From: Candidatus Electrothrix yaqonensis | Lineage (GTDB): Bacteria; Desulfobacterota; Desulfobulbia; Desulfobulbales; Desulfobulbaceae | NCBI GenBank assembly: GCA_047651235.1 | Contig: CP178758.1 | Coordinates: forward strand, 2,130,001-2,162,000 | Direction: 5' to 3' | DNA length: 32,000 nucleotides | In this document: in pieces, positions 1 to 8,253 of the stretch | Layout: each line of letters begins with the position of its first letter | Position numbering within the stretch: the first letter of the stretch is position 1 | Notes under the pieces: model-generated | Told to the model about the DNA's origin: nothing | Seen by the model: only the letters and a program-made list of their open reading frames with translations | Database searches by the model: none | Made by a program: the position numbers and the translations under genes

Positions 1-6
1 GCCTGA

Positions 7-771
7 TCAGGTCTGATCAAAGACCGCGTCAAATACGGCATAAACCTGTCTGATCACCCTGCTGTCCTCAGCCAGCTCCAGATAAGAAGCCCCACTGAGT
101 TCCTGACTGATCAGGTCATCGCTGGAGGAGATAATCCCGGCCAGGTCTAGGTTTGCCTCTGCAACGGCTTCGTTGATTTTTACCTGCAGGGCCGGAGGAA
201 CCGGATCAGGTGCTCTATTGACCAGCAGAGACTGCTGCCTGATTTCCAACTTCAGGGGACCGGTGATATCAGCAATCCGCCGGGCCGTCATAATTCCTCT
301 GGCCGAGGGATCCGAGACAATGAACAGATAGTCGATACTGCGGAGATTCATCCGGCTCAGATGTTCCATTCCGGCTTCATTGTCCACGATAATATATTTG
401 TAATTCTCGGCCAGTTTGTCCATAGTCATGGCCAGATACTGGTTGGCAGCGCAGTAGCAGCCCGGCCCGTCCGGCTGTCCCATCACCAGCAGGTCAAAGC
501 CGGAATCCTCGATCAGGGCCTGGTGAATTTTCATCTCCATATACTGATCGCGGGTCATGCCGGGCGGGAGCTCCCCTTTCAACTCCTTGCGGATAATACC
601 GAGGGTGGTCTGTACCTCCAGGCCGAGCAACTCGTTGAGGTTGGCATTGGCATCGGCATCCACGGCAAGCACCGGGGTCATGTTCCGGGCAATCAGATAT
701 TTGAGCAGCAGGGCCGAGGTCGTGGTTTTTCCGGTTCCGCCCTTACCGGCAAGCGCTATCACTTTGGTCAT
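7..771 (-). CDS. cooC: CooC/AcsF-type P-loop ATPase (MinD/ParA superfamily, Ni-insertion accessory protein family)
   Basis: 254-aa ORF. Has an N-terminal deviant Walker A 'GKGGTGKTT', 'AVDADANANL', and the 'GPGCYCAAN' CxC metal-bridging motif characteristic of CooC-family proteins. Confidence 0.8.
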   Translation of the reverse strand: MTKVIALAGKGGTGKTTTSALLLKYLIARNMTPVLAVDADANANLNELLGLEVQTTLGIIRKELKGELPPGMTRDQYMEMKIHQALIEDSGFDLLVMGQPDGPGCYCAANQYLAMTMDKLAENYKYIIVDNEAGMEHLSRMNLRSIDYLFIVSDPSARGIMTARRIADITGPLKLEIRQQSLLVNRAPDPVPPALQVKINEAVAEANLDLAGIISSSDDLISQELSGASYLELAEDSRVIRQVYAVFDAVFDQT

Positions 772-1075
772 TGTTCCGTCATTCTCCGCAGAAATTTCTC
801 ATCGCATCGGATAAGAATTCAAAAAATGATCCCATCGTATAAAAAATAATCAAAGTATACCTTATAGGGTGCCTGTTTCCAAGTCAAACGGAAAGGAAAA
901 AGAGAAACTCCGCAGATTCATGCTGGACGGAACAGCGGGTCTGTTTTACCTTTTCAACCTGACAGTCCATCCCCTCTGTAACCGCGCTCTTTGCAGATGA
1001 CAGCAGAATGCTGTATTGTGAAAGACGATTAAGACGAAATAACGCTGCAGAGTAATTTTATACTTTTACGGAACA

Positions 1076-2677
1076 ATGTTTCTTTCAACAACGCATCTTC
1101 TAACCTTTGGCGGCCCGCCTCTACTCGGCGCCCTGATCGGCTACCTGACCAACAAGGTGGCGATCCGTATGCTGTTCAGGCCCCTGAAGCCCTGGTATAT
1201 CTTAGGGAAACGTGTTCCCATGACCCCGGGTATTATTCCGTCCAAACGACATGAACTTGCCGAGAACATCGGCGAAATGGTTGGGGAACAGCTGCTTACG
1301 GCCCAGGACATCGGCAATGCCCTGTCAGCAGAACCCTTTCAGGACCACCTGCATCAGATTATGGATACCCGGATACAGGATTTCCTGTCCCGCGATCTCG
1401 GCCCTGTGCTCAAGGTTGTTCCTCGCCGTTTCCGGGCGTATGCCCGTATCGGACTAAAAACTCTGAAATACCGGATGCGCACCGGACTGCATGAGTATAT
1501 CGCCTCGCCGTCATTCAGCAAGGCAATCGCGGCTGCGCTGCCGTCCCGACTGGAAGTTTTCGGCCGCCGTCAGCTCAACGACATCCTGCAGACCGAAGAC
1601 CGGGAAGCGCTGTATATCCTGGCGGAATCACTCCTTTCCCAAGCCCTGAATGATCCGGCTAATACCGACCAGCTGGCCGGGTGGCTGCGCAGCACCTTGA
1701 CAGAAGCTGCCGTATCCGGCAAATCTCTGGCCGATTTTCTGCCGGAGGAACTGGTGCAGCTCATCCTGTCAACCGTGGAGGAGCAGACGCCGCAGATCCT
1801 GGCCAAGACAGCCGCCATGCTGGCGGAGGCAACCATGCGCGAACGGCTTGTTGTTGCGATCAAAAAAGCCCTGGAGGAGTTTATCGATACTCTTGGTCCG
1901 ATGGCGGCCATGGCCAAAGGATTTATCGATATAGACAGCCTAGACGAGACCATTCGCACCTGGCTGGAAAAAAAAGAAGACGCCTTGGCTTCCTGGCTGC
2001 AGAAACCGGAAATTCAGGAGCGGGTGAGCCGTACCCTGGCGGAACAGACCAAGGCCTTTCTGACAACCCCTCTGGCTAATCTCCTGGTCCGCGTCGATCA
2101 GGACAAGGTACAGACAATCTGTCACCAGTTTGCCGGACAGATCATGACTCTGCTGCGTTCCGAAAACATGCAGCAGACACTATCCGGCATCTTCAGGAAA
2201 CAGATCGAGACCATGCTTGAGCACGGCCGTATTCCGCTTGCCGACCTTGCCGGGATGCTTCTGAACAAGGAACGTGCTGCAGCAATGCAGCAGACCCTGA
2301 CCGACGAACTGCAGGCAGCTCTGCAGTCGGCACAGACCGGAGAGCTGCTGGACAGGCTGGTCAATTCAATGATGGACCAGCTGGCAGCAAAGCCTCTGGG
2401 GATTCTGCAGGAATGGATGCCCGCCGGGGTCCGCAACGGTATAACCGACTATATTGTTCTCACGGTCGATCAGATGCTGATCCATGAGGTGCCGGGACTG
2501 GTCCGCACGCTGAACATCAAGGAATTGGTGACGGAAAAGGTAGACTCCCTGGACCTGCTGCGCCTTGAGCGCCTTCTGCTCTCCATCATGGAGGAACAGT
2601 TCAAGTACATCAACCTGTTCGGTGCCCTGCTCGGCTTCCTGATCGGCCTGCTCAACCTGCTCACCATGCTGGTGTAG
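1076..2677 (+). CDS. DUF445 (YheB-like) membrane-associated protein
   Basis: 533-aa ORF. N-terminal 'GALIGYLTNKVAIRMLFRP' and C-terminal hydrophobic 'INLFGALLGFLIGLLNLL' are typical DUF445 end segments. The middle is long and helical. Confidence 0.75.
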   Translation: MFLSTTHLLTFGGPPLLGALIGYLTNKVAIRMLFRPLKPWYILGKRVPMTPGIIPSKRHELAENIGEMVGEQLLTAQDIGNALSAEPFQDHLHQIMDTRIQDFLSRDLGPVLKVVPRRFRAYARIGLKTLKYRMRTGLHEYIASPSFSKAIAAALPSRLEVFGRRQLNDILQTEDREALYILAESLLSQALNDPANTDQLAGWLRSTLTEAAVSGKSLADFLPEELVQLILSTVEEQTPQILAKTAAMLAEATMRERLVVAIKKALEEFIDTLGPMAAMAKGFIDIDSLDETIRTWLEKKEDALASWLQKPEIQERVSRTLAEQTKAFLTTPLANLLVRVDQDKVQTICHQFAGQIMTLLRSENMQQTLSGIFRKQIETMLEHGRIPLADLAGMLLNKERAAAMQQTLTDELQAALQSAQTGELLDRLVNSMMDQLAAKPLGILQEWMPAGVRNGITDYIVLTVDQMLIHEVPGLVRTLNIKELVTEKVDSLDLLRLERLLLSIMEEQFKYINLFGALLGFLIGLLNLLTMLV

Positions 2678-2866
2678 CAGCCAGGTGATATACCGGGCGA
2701 CATGGCTCTTCCACAATGGTCAGAAACCGATAATCGATACTATGGACATAGTCCTCAGAAAAATCTCGGTCATATCACACCGGTTGAGGCACTGAAGAAC
2801 TGGCGGAAAACTCATCCAGATTTAAAAAAAACAGGTATACAATCAATACAATCAGAGCCTGTTTAA
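2678..2866 (+). pseudogene. C-terminal remnant of an integrase-core (rve-type DDE) transposase
   Basis: Open frame 'LPQWSETDNRYYGHSPQKNLGHITPVEALKNW'. Its spacing matches the conserved C-terminal W..YN..RPH..LG..TP motif of IS3/IS481-type transposases, with RPH degraded to SPQ. No catalytic core lies upstream because the frame starts right after the DUF445 stop. Confidence 0.4.
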
Positions 2867-2949
2867 AAACTATTTGAAGCTTTACTGCTGAAGCGCTTCA
2901 TACCATAATTTCCTTTTCAACGGCAACAAACAACGAAAGGGAAAACAAC

Positions 2950-3189
2950 ATGGTACGAGCCAGCTACAGCACAGATCTTACTGACAGACAATTTGAAATT
3001 ATTCAGAAATATCTTCCGTTGCCTTCGAAGATGGGCAGACCGCGACTTTATGCTCTCAGGGAGATTCTCAATGCCATCTTTTATCTGGTTCACACCGGGT
3101 GTCAATGGCGGGAGCTTCCGCATGATTTTCCGAAATGGGCCAGTGTTTACTCTTATTTCCGTAAATGGAAACAGGATGAAACCTGGTTC
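2950..3189 (+). pseudogene. IS5-family (DUF4096-type) transposase, N-terminal about 80 aa only
   Basis: '[71 protein letters not shown]' is the conserved N-terminal HTH module of IS5/IS427-group transposases. Similarity stops near 3190, and the rest of ORF 2950..3432 is read-through into another element. Confidence 0.8.
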
Positions 3190-3220
3190 CTTCGGAACGG
3201 GAATCAAATAACTACGGGAT

Positions 3221-3646
3221 TCAAAGCCGTCCTGACGGAACAGCGGCATAATTCCACTTCGGCAGAAACTCGTCGAATTGAATTTTCATATTTCATATTT
3301 TCTTTAAAACCGTCAGCCGTTTTGCGGCCTGTCTCGAAGAGGAATTCAGATTTTCCATGTGTCGTCCACCAGTTCCGAATACAGGCGCACCCGAACTCGG
3401 AGGTGTCACCGCTTGTCCCTAATGTGATATAACCGATATTACTGTATATATCATACAGTCCATAGGCGAACCCGCCGTGTGTTTTTTCAGCACTGCGAAA
3501 AATGCGTCATCAAGATCGACGGCGGTCGAGAGGACGGATTTACGTCCCCCGCCCGGTTTGCGAATTCGTTCTTCTTTTTCAGACAGGCTGCCGTAAAAAT
3601 TACGCATTCGCGTTTCTATCTCAGGAGAATATGTCTTTATCTTCAT
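3221..3646 (-). pseudogene. ISAzo13-family transposase remnant, internally deleted and frameshifted
   Basis: Three minus-strand pieces sit in at least two different frames: 'IRKPGGGRKSVL..HTAGSPMD' (N-terminal, ORF 3419..3646), '[19 protein letters not shown]' (about 3360-3410) and '[18 protein letters not shown]' (3221-3277). They correspond to the family motifs RRPGGGRK, HDTxxFAVxxIRRWW and FHGxWNYTIxP. About 430 bp survives of an expected 1.2-1.4 kb gene. Confidence 0.75.
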
Positions 3647-3936
3647 AACCGGATGAGAATAAACGCAACTATGAAATTGTCAATGACCTGTCAGCAAGTT
3701 CCGTTGTTATTAAATTTTCATTCCTAAGAAGCTGTTTTAAAAACCTCGCCGGAACTGCGGCCCCTCGCAGGATGTCTCTCGGCGGGCATTTCTACAACTG
3801 ATTGATTTCAGATGGGATCAGCCGCTTCAGAAGCTGTTTGAAAAACATGCTTCTAATTTTGACAATATTATTTACCGTGATAATCTTCAATCCGACAATG
3901 AGTAGAACATACGGAGAGGGATTAGGCCCTTCCGCC

Positions 3937-4722
3937 TCAAAGAGAGGTCAGCCGGTCAAAGAAACGGCCAACCTGATCAGGATGATGGGCATCTGAGCCG
4001 ACAATCAAGGGGATGCCGAGCTGCTGTGCCTGTTGAATAAAATGCGGGGCCGGATACGGATGGGGGCGCAGGACGTATCCGGAGGTGTTTACTTCCAGGG
4101 CTATATTTTTTTCCTGCATGACAGTGAAAAGCTGGCTGATCAGCTCGTGATGGTGCTCTGTCAGCCTGACCTTGTTATGACGGAGGGCCGCATCAAGATG
4201 ACAGAGCTTGTCACAGGGGATCTCCCGGCAGCCCTCAATCAGGGCAGTAAAATAGGCATCCAGAATCCGGTCTGTCCCGATTTCTCCCAGTCTGCGGATA
4301 TGATCTTCCCGGCGGCTGAGCATGTTCAGGTGCTCCTTGTCGTCCCAGTAAAAATGGCAGGAAAGGCCCCGGTGCGCAAAGGGCAAGCTGTCCAGCATCA
4401 GGAGCAGTTCAGCTTTGGCAGCAGTATGATAGCCGATTTCAGCACCGAGCCGGATCATGATGCGCCCGACGTATTTTTCCTGCAGCCGCTCTCCTTCCTG
4501 AAAATATTCCTCAAACAGCTCCGGCGTCAGCCAGATGCGGGGTGTATACCGCAGGCCGCATTCCAGATGTTCAAGAAAGGTGATGCTGCGCAGCCCTTTG
4601 CTGAGTGCCGCCTCAACATACTCTTCCATTTCGCCTTGGGCGTGGTTGCACAGGCCGGTATGGACGTGGTGATCGCCGGTTATATCAACCAGATCGATAT
4701 CAGAAGTTGGGAACAGAGACAT
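3937..4722 (-). CDS. PHP-family (HisJ-type) histidinol-phosphatase-like metal-dependent phosphoesterase
   Basis: 261-aa ORF. N-terminal 'DHHVHTGLCNHA' and C-terminal 'VGSDAHHPDQVG' are the His/Asp metal ligands of the PHP fold. Confidence 0.8.
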   Translation of the reverse strand: MSLFPTSDIDLVDITGDHHVHTGLCNHAQGEMEEYVEAALSKGLRSITFLEHLECGLRYTPRIWLTPELFEEYFQEGERLQEKYVGRIMIRLGAEIGYHTAAKAELLLMLDSLPFAHRGLSCHFYWDDKEHLNMLSRREDHIRRLGEIGTDRILDAYFTALIEGCREIPCDKLCHLDAALRHNKVRLTEHHHELISQLFTVMQEKNIALEVNTSGYVLRPHPYPAPHFIQQAQQLGIPLIVGSDAHHPDQVGRFFDRLTSL

Positions 4723-4772
4723 GAAACCGGAAAGTCGGTTGCGGGATGCTGGTCAGAATATGAGAAAGATAT

Positions 4773-4799
4773 GAAAAAACCACCCCGTTTGGGGTGGTT
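4773..4799 (-). terminator. Rho-independent terminator downstream of the 65-aa ORF
   Basis: Perfect 9-bp stem AACCACCCC (4778-4786) / GGGGTGGTT (4791-4799) with loop GTTT. On the minus strand it runs into a T6 tract (complement of 4774-4779). It lies 44 nt after the ORF stop. Confidence 0.65.
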
Positions 4800-4842
4800 C
4801 ACTCTACAGTCGGTCTATTCAGAAACAGCGGGCTGACAACTG

Positions 4843-5040
4843 TCAGGCGTTTCCTCTGGGGAAAAAATGAATAACTCCGTCAATGTCGGAAGTATCGCAG
4901 ACATGACCGAGTTCCATATCCAGATCAAACAGTTCATCCGGGCCGTTCATCTGCATGGACAGGGAAGGGCCGTCCGGCAGATGATAGATTAAGGTTTCAA
5001 CTTTGCTGTAATCAATCGGGGTGGGGAATATTTTTTTCAT
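4843..5040 (-). CDS. Hypothetical small acidic protein (65 aa)
   Basis: ATG-initiated ORF followed by its own intrinsic terminator. A plausible minus-strand promoter exists (TTGCTT-16-TATACT, complement of 5121-5148). There is no recognisable domain and no clear Shine-Dalgarno sequence. Confidence 0.45.
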   Translation of the reverse strand: MKKIFPTPIDYSKVETLIYHLPDGPSLSMQMNGPDELFDLDMELGHVCDTSDIDGVIHFFPRGNA

Positions 5041-5283
5041 ACCAGTAGATGATGTTGATCCTGCATTAACCGGGGGCTGCCGGAACCGGACCGTCCGGTC
5101 TCTGAAATTCTCCTACTAAAAGTATAGTTTGTTTTTGCAGAAAAGCAAGGAACAGCTCTCTTTTCCGGAAAACAGGACGGAACACTTCCGGCGCGCCTCG
5201 GCACCGCATAGGCTGCCGGTATACGGTGCTGCGTTGTATCTGCATGGAAATCAGGTGAAACAGGCTGTCCGGAGAACTTTCGT

Positions 5284-5311
5284 TTGACAGCATACCTCCT
5301 GATGGTAATAT
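5284..5311 (+). promoter_or_regulatory. Near-consensus sigma70 promoter for the YkgJ-type gene
   Basis: TTGACA (5284-5289), a 16-nt spacer ending in TGg, then TAATAT (5306-5311), giving an extended -10. It sits about 75 nt upstream of the ATG at 5389. Confidence 0.5.
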
Positions 5312-5388
5312 GTATTCTTTTGCTGATGAGCACCTGAAAAACAACATGTTCAAAAGATTTTCGATAACAGAGAGCAACGAGGAACAGA

Positions 5389-6333
5389 ATGAGCGATACC
5401 AAAGGCGATGATATGGATAATGTTTTTACCAGAGAGACGAATAAAAATCCGTCCAATATCATGCCTGAAAAGTTGACCCCTGACTCACCGCTGCAGTTTG
5501 AATGTCATCCCGGAGTAAGCTGCTTTACCGCCTGCTGTCATAATATCCAGATCGTCCTGACGCCCTATGATATCCTGGTTCTGCGCAGGCGCTTAGGGAT
5601 ACCTGCCCATGAATTTATCGTCCAATATACCGAACCGACCTTTCTGGAAAAAACAGACATGCCGGGTGTGCAGATAAAACTGACGGAAGAAAAAAACGCC
5701 TGCCCTTTTGTAACTCCAGAGGGCTGCACCGTGTATGAGGACCGGCCCACAGCCTGCCGCTATTATCCGGTGGGCATGGCTGATTTTCATGAAGGAGGAC
5801 AGGAGAGTGCTGAGGAGGAAAAATTTTTCTTTCTGGTCAAAGAACCCCATTGCAAAGGGTTTGAGGAACAGAAGCAGTGGACCATCGGCGAATGGCGGGC
5901 GGATCAGGGCGTTGATCTGCGCGATGCAATGAACAAGGACTGGCTGCGTCTGGTCATGCGGCGCAAATCCTTCGGCCACCAAGCCACGCTTTCCGAGGCA
6001 GCTCAGCGCATGTTCTTTATGGCCACAACAGATCTGGATGCTTTCCGCCGTTTTATCTTTGAGAGTTCCTTTCTTGATACCTATGAGGTGGATGCGGCAA
6101 CAGTGGAAAAACTCAAAGAGGATGACGAAGCCCTGCTGCTGTTTTCCTTTCAGTATCTGGGCAATGCCCTGTTCGGTGCTGACGGCGTGAATGTCAGAAA
6201 AGAAAAAATCAAAGAAAAAGTTGCGGAGATGCAGCAGGAGCGCGACGACTCGCTGCGCAAGCTGGAAGAGGAGTACAAAGAGCTGAAAGCTGAACGGGCG
6301 CGTCAGCAGCAGGAGGTGCAGAAGAAAGACTGA
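5389..6333 (+). CDS. YkgJ/UPF0153-family cysteine-cluster (putative Fe-S/Zn) protein with C-terminal coiled coil
   Basis: 314-aa ORF. 'CHPGVSCFTACCHN' and 'CPFVTPEGCTVYEDRPTACRYYP' are the two family Cys motifs. GAGGAA lies upstream of the ATG. The tail is Lys/Glu-rich. Confidence 0.8.
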   Translation: MSDTKGDDMDNVFTRETNKNPSNIMPEKLTPDSPLQFECHPGVSCFTACCHNIQIVLTPYDILVLRRRLGIPAHEFIVQYTEPTFLEKTDMPGVQIKLTEEKNACPFVTPEGCTVYEDRPTACRYYPVGMADFHEGGQESAEEEKFFFLVKEPHCKGFEEQKQWTIGEWRADQGVDLRDAMNKDWLRLVMRRKSFGHQATLSEAAQRMFFMATTDLDAFRRFIFESSFLDTYEVDAATVEKLKEDDEALLLFSFQYLGNALFGADGVNVRKEKIKEKVAEMQQERDDSLRKLEEEYKELKAERARQQQEVQKKD

Positions 6334-6382
6334 ATCAGATTGCCTGAGTCAAATTCAGCGTCGTAAGCGTCAGAAGAAATGG

Positions 6383-6411
6383 GGGAAAACTGCCCGGTTT
6401 TCCCTTTTTTT
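6383..6411 (+). terminator. Rho-independent terminator of the YkgJ-type gene
   Basis: GGGAAAAC (6383-6390) / GTTTTCCC (6397-6404) with loop TGCCCG, followed by T7 (6405-6411). Confidence 0.75.
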
Positions 6412-6526
6412 ATCTGCTTTAATCTGTATCTGTACGATCTGCGCAGATCCGCCTGCTGCCGCAGCCGGGAGGCAATGAGCTCATCGGGGTAATGCGGAAG
6501 GCAGGCGGGTGAGCTTTGAGTGAACA

Positions 6527-7355
6527 ATGGATGAAGATTTACAAAGCGAAGTACTTGTGGCAATACTGAACAATTTGAAGGATTTTTCTATCCTTAAAGA
6601 AAAGTACTGGTATCGGATTCCTGTCAACAGCGTTGAGAAATGGCTGAAAAAAACGTTGGCCTCCTTCCTGGATAGCATTTTATATGACGAAAATTTTCGG
6701 AAAAGATGCTTGGGCGATAAGTTATTACGCGAAGATATTCGATATCAGAAAAGTTTACAGATGGCAGATCTTTCCCGATGAACCTGCTAATGCAAAAAGC
6801 AGGAGAAGATATTATCAAGTTTTTATCGAACCGCTTAAACATTTACCCAAACCTATTCTCAGCAGGCGTTACAGAAGAATAATATTCATCCCGACAACGT
6901 GGGAGAAATTTGTCAATGCAGTTGAAATCAACGACCTTTCTGATGAAAGTCCCCTTGAAGACCGGTTATGGGCAGAATTTAAACGTTTGCAGATAAATGC
7001 GGAACGTCAGGAGTTTGTAAAGATTCATAACAGACATTACGCTTTGGATTTTGCAATATATTGTGAATCCGGAAAAATTGATGTTGAAACAGACGGAGAC
7101 TTCTGGCACGCAAATCCGCAACAGGCCGCAAAAGATAATGTGCGTGACAATGATTTGGAAACACAAGGCTGGCGAGTGCTTCGTTTTAACACAAGCCAAG
7201 TAAAAGAAAGTACATCCGAATATTGCATTTCAACAATAGCAGAAAATATTAATAAATTAGGCGGAACAAAAGAAGGTAATTCTGTAAAGCGAAAAATTAA
7301 TGTAAAACAACCCGTCGGGGTTCAACTGGAGCTGTTTGACCTATTGAATAAATAA
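6527..7355 (+). pseudogene. DUF559/Vsr-like PD-(D/E)xK endonuclease with an uncharacterised N-terminal domain, split by a frame break in an A7 run
   Basis: ORFs 6527..6781 and 6684..7355 overlap in different frames. Removing one A from the run 6647-6653 joins '...VEKWLKK' to 'RWPPSWIAFYMTKIFG...' as one ORF of about 275 aa. The C-terminus 'YALDFAIYCESGKIDVETDGDFWH...RDNDLETQGWRVLRF' is the DUF559/Vsr nuclease core. Confidence 0.7.
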
Positions 7356-7686
7356 AAAATATAATCCGGACTGAAAACAGCCCAATATTGCCCTCACCTT
7401 CTCCGGGGCAGCCGGATAAAAAAATGTGCTTCCTTTTCCCAGCATTAAAACACCGGTCTATTATTGAGAATACGGGAATTACTGCTGCTGAGGATTGAAT
7501 TTGCGCTATAAAAGCACGGAGAAGAAATACAACAGAGATGCGAACCAGGGGAAAGTGGCAGGAAGGGAAAACCGGAGGTGGCAGAGAGCGGGACAATCAG
7601 AAGATTGCCACAGAGGAAAATCGTTCAGCCCCCGCCTCTCCCTGCCCTATTCTGCGGGCGGGGGGAGGAGCACAGAACTTCTATCG

Positions 7687-8094
7687 TTATTGCACGCCGT
7701 TATCATTAAAAAAACTGCTGTACTTCATATCAGCGCCTTTGATGTGCGTCTGCAGCCATTTGCTGAGATACTGCAGGATATTCACAGAGACCGTTACTCT
7801 TCCACTCTCGAATTCTTCCTTAAAATCGAGTACCTTTGCCACAAAAACAGCGTGTTCCTTTTTATGCTCGGCCGTGTGAGGATAGTTTAACTGTTCAAAA
7901 TATTTTTCTTCCACCTTAAAATGAGAGGCTGTATAGGAAATCAGGCCCTCCAGAATTTTTCCCAAAACATCCTTTCCCTTGCCCGCTTTCATCGCGTCAG
8001 TCAGCTCATTAATTATCAAAATAAGTTTCTTATGCTGCTGATCAATTTCTACCACATTGACGCTGAAACTGTCATTCCATCTGATTAAGCTCAT
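7687..8094 (-). CDS. Bacteriohemerythrin
   Basis: 'IRWNDSFSVNVVEIDQQHKKL', 'HFKVEEKYF', 'HKKEH' and 'WLQTHIKGADMKY' give the H-HxxxE-HxxxH-HxxxxD diiron ligand pattern. The start is placed at ATG 8094 because AGGAG lies 8 nt upstream. The track ORF extends to 8124. Confidence 0.9.
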   Translation of the reverse strand: MSLIRWNDSFSVNVVEIDQQHKKLILIINELTDAMKAGKGKDVLGKILEGLISYTASHFKVEEKYFEQLNYPHTAEHKKEHAVFVAKVLDFKEEFESGRVTVSVNILQYLSKWLQTHIKGADMKYSSFFNDNGVQ

Positions 8095-8253
8095 TATATC
8101 TCTCCTTTTCTGGATTGTGTGCAAGATACTGCATGATATCTCTTTCAGAGACGATAAGACAATATTTTTTTACTCCGTAATGATCGGCACAAAGAAATAC
8201 GTTGTCAGATCAGGGGATAATTCAGAAACAGGAAACTGCATCTGTATTCCGAC

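Larger units (their letters stand above)
2678..3750. mobile_element. Composite IS graveyard (three unrelated transposase remnants; ISAzo13-like piece abuts and truncates the IS5-like piece)
   Basis: See the three pseudogene calls above. There is no intact transposase and I could identify no paired terminal inverted repeats. Confidence 0.6.

Noticed and set aside
4033-4836. 267-aa ORF antisense to the PHP phosphatase. Similar shadow ORFs: 361..849, 8623..9399, 9911..10636, 14686..15219, 24422..25153, 25561..26181
   Set aside because: Every one of these is in the codon-aligned antisense frame of a gene with clear family motifs. This is a systematic consequence of codon usage, not evidence of overlapping genes.
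5041-5388. Possible riboswitch (for example c-di-GMP class) in the long divergent leader
   Set aside because: I could not align any conserved riboswitch core by eye. The region is adequately explained by two divergent promoters. A covariance-model scan would be needed to revisit this.
7368-7425. ATCCGG(A)CTG...CAGCCGGAT long-range stem after the nuclease gene as a terminator
   Set aside because: The stem encloses a loop of about 35 nt with internal structure. The U-tract is on the wrong side for the plus-strand gene and lies more than 260 nt from the hemerythrin stop on the minus strand, so it is not a canonical terminator.
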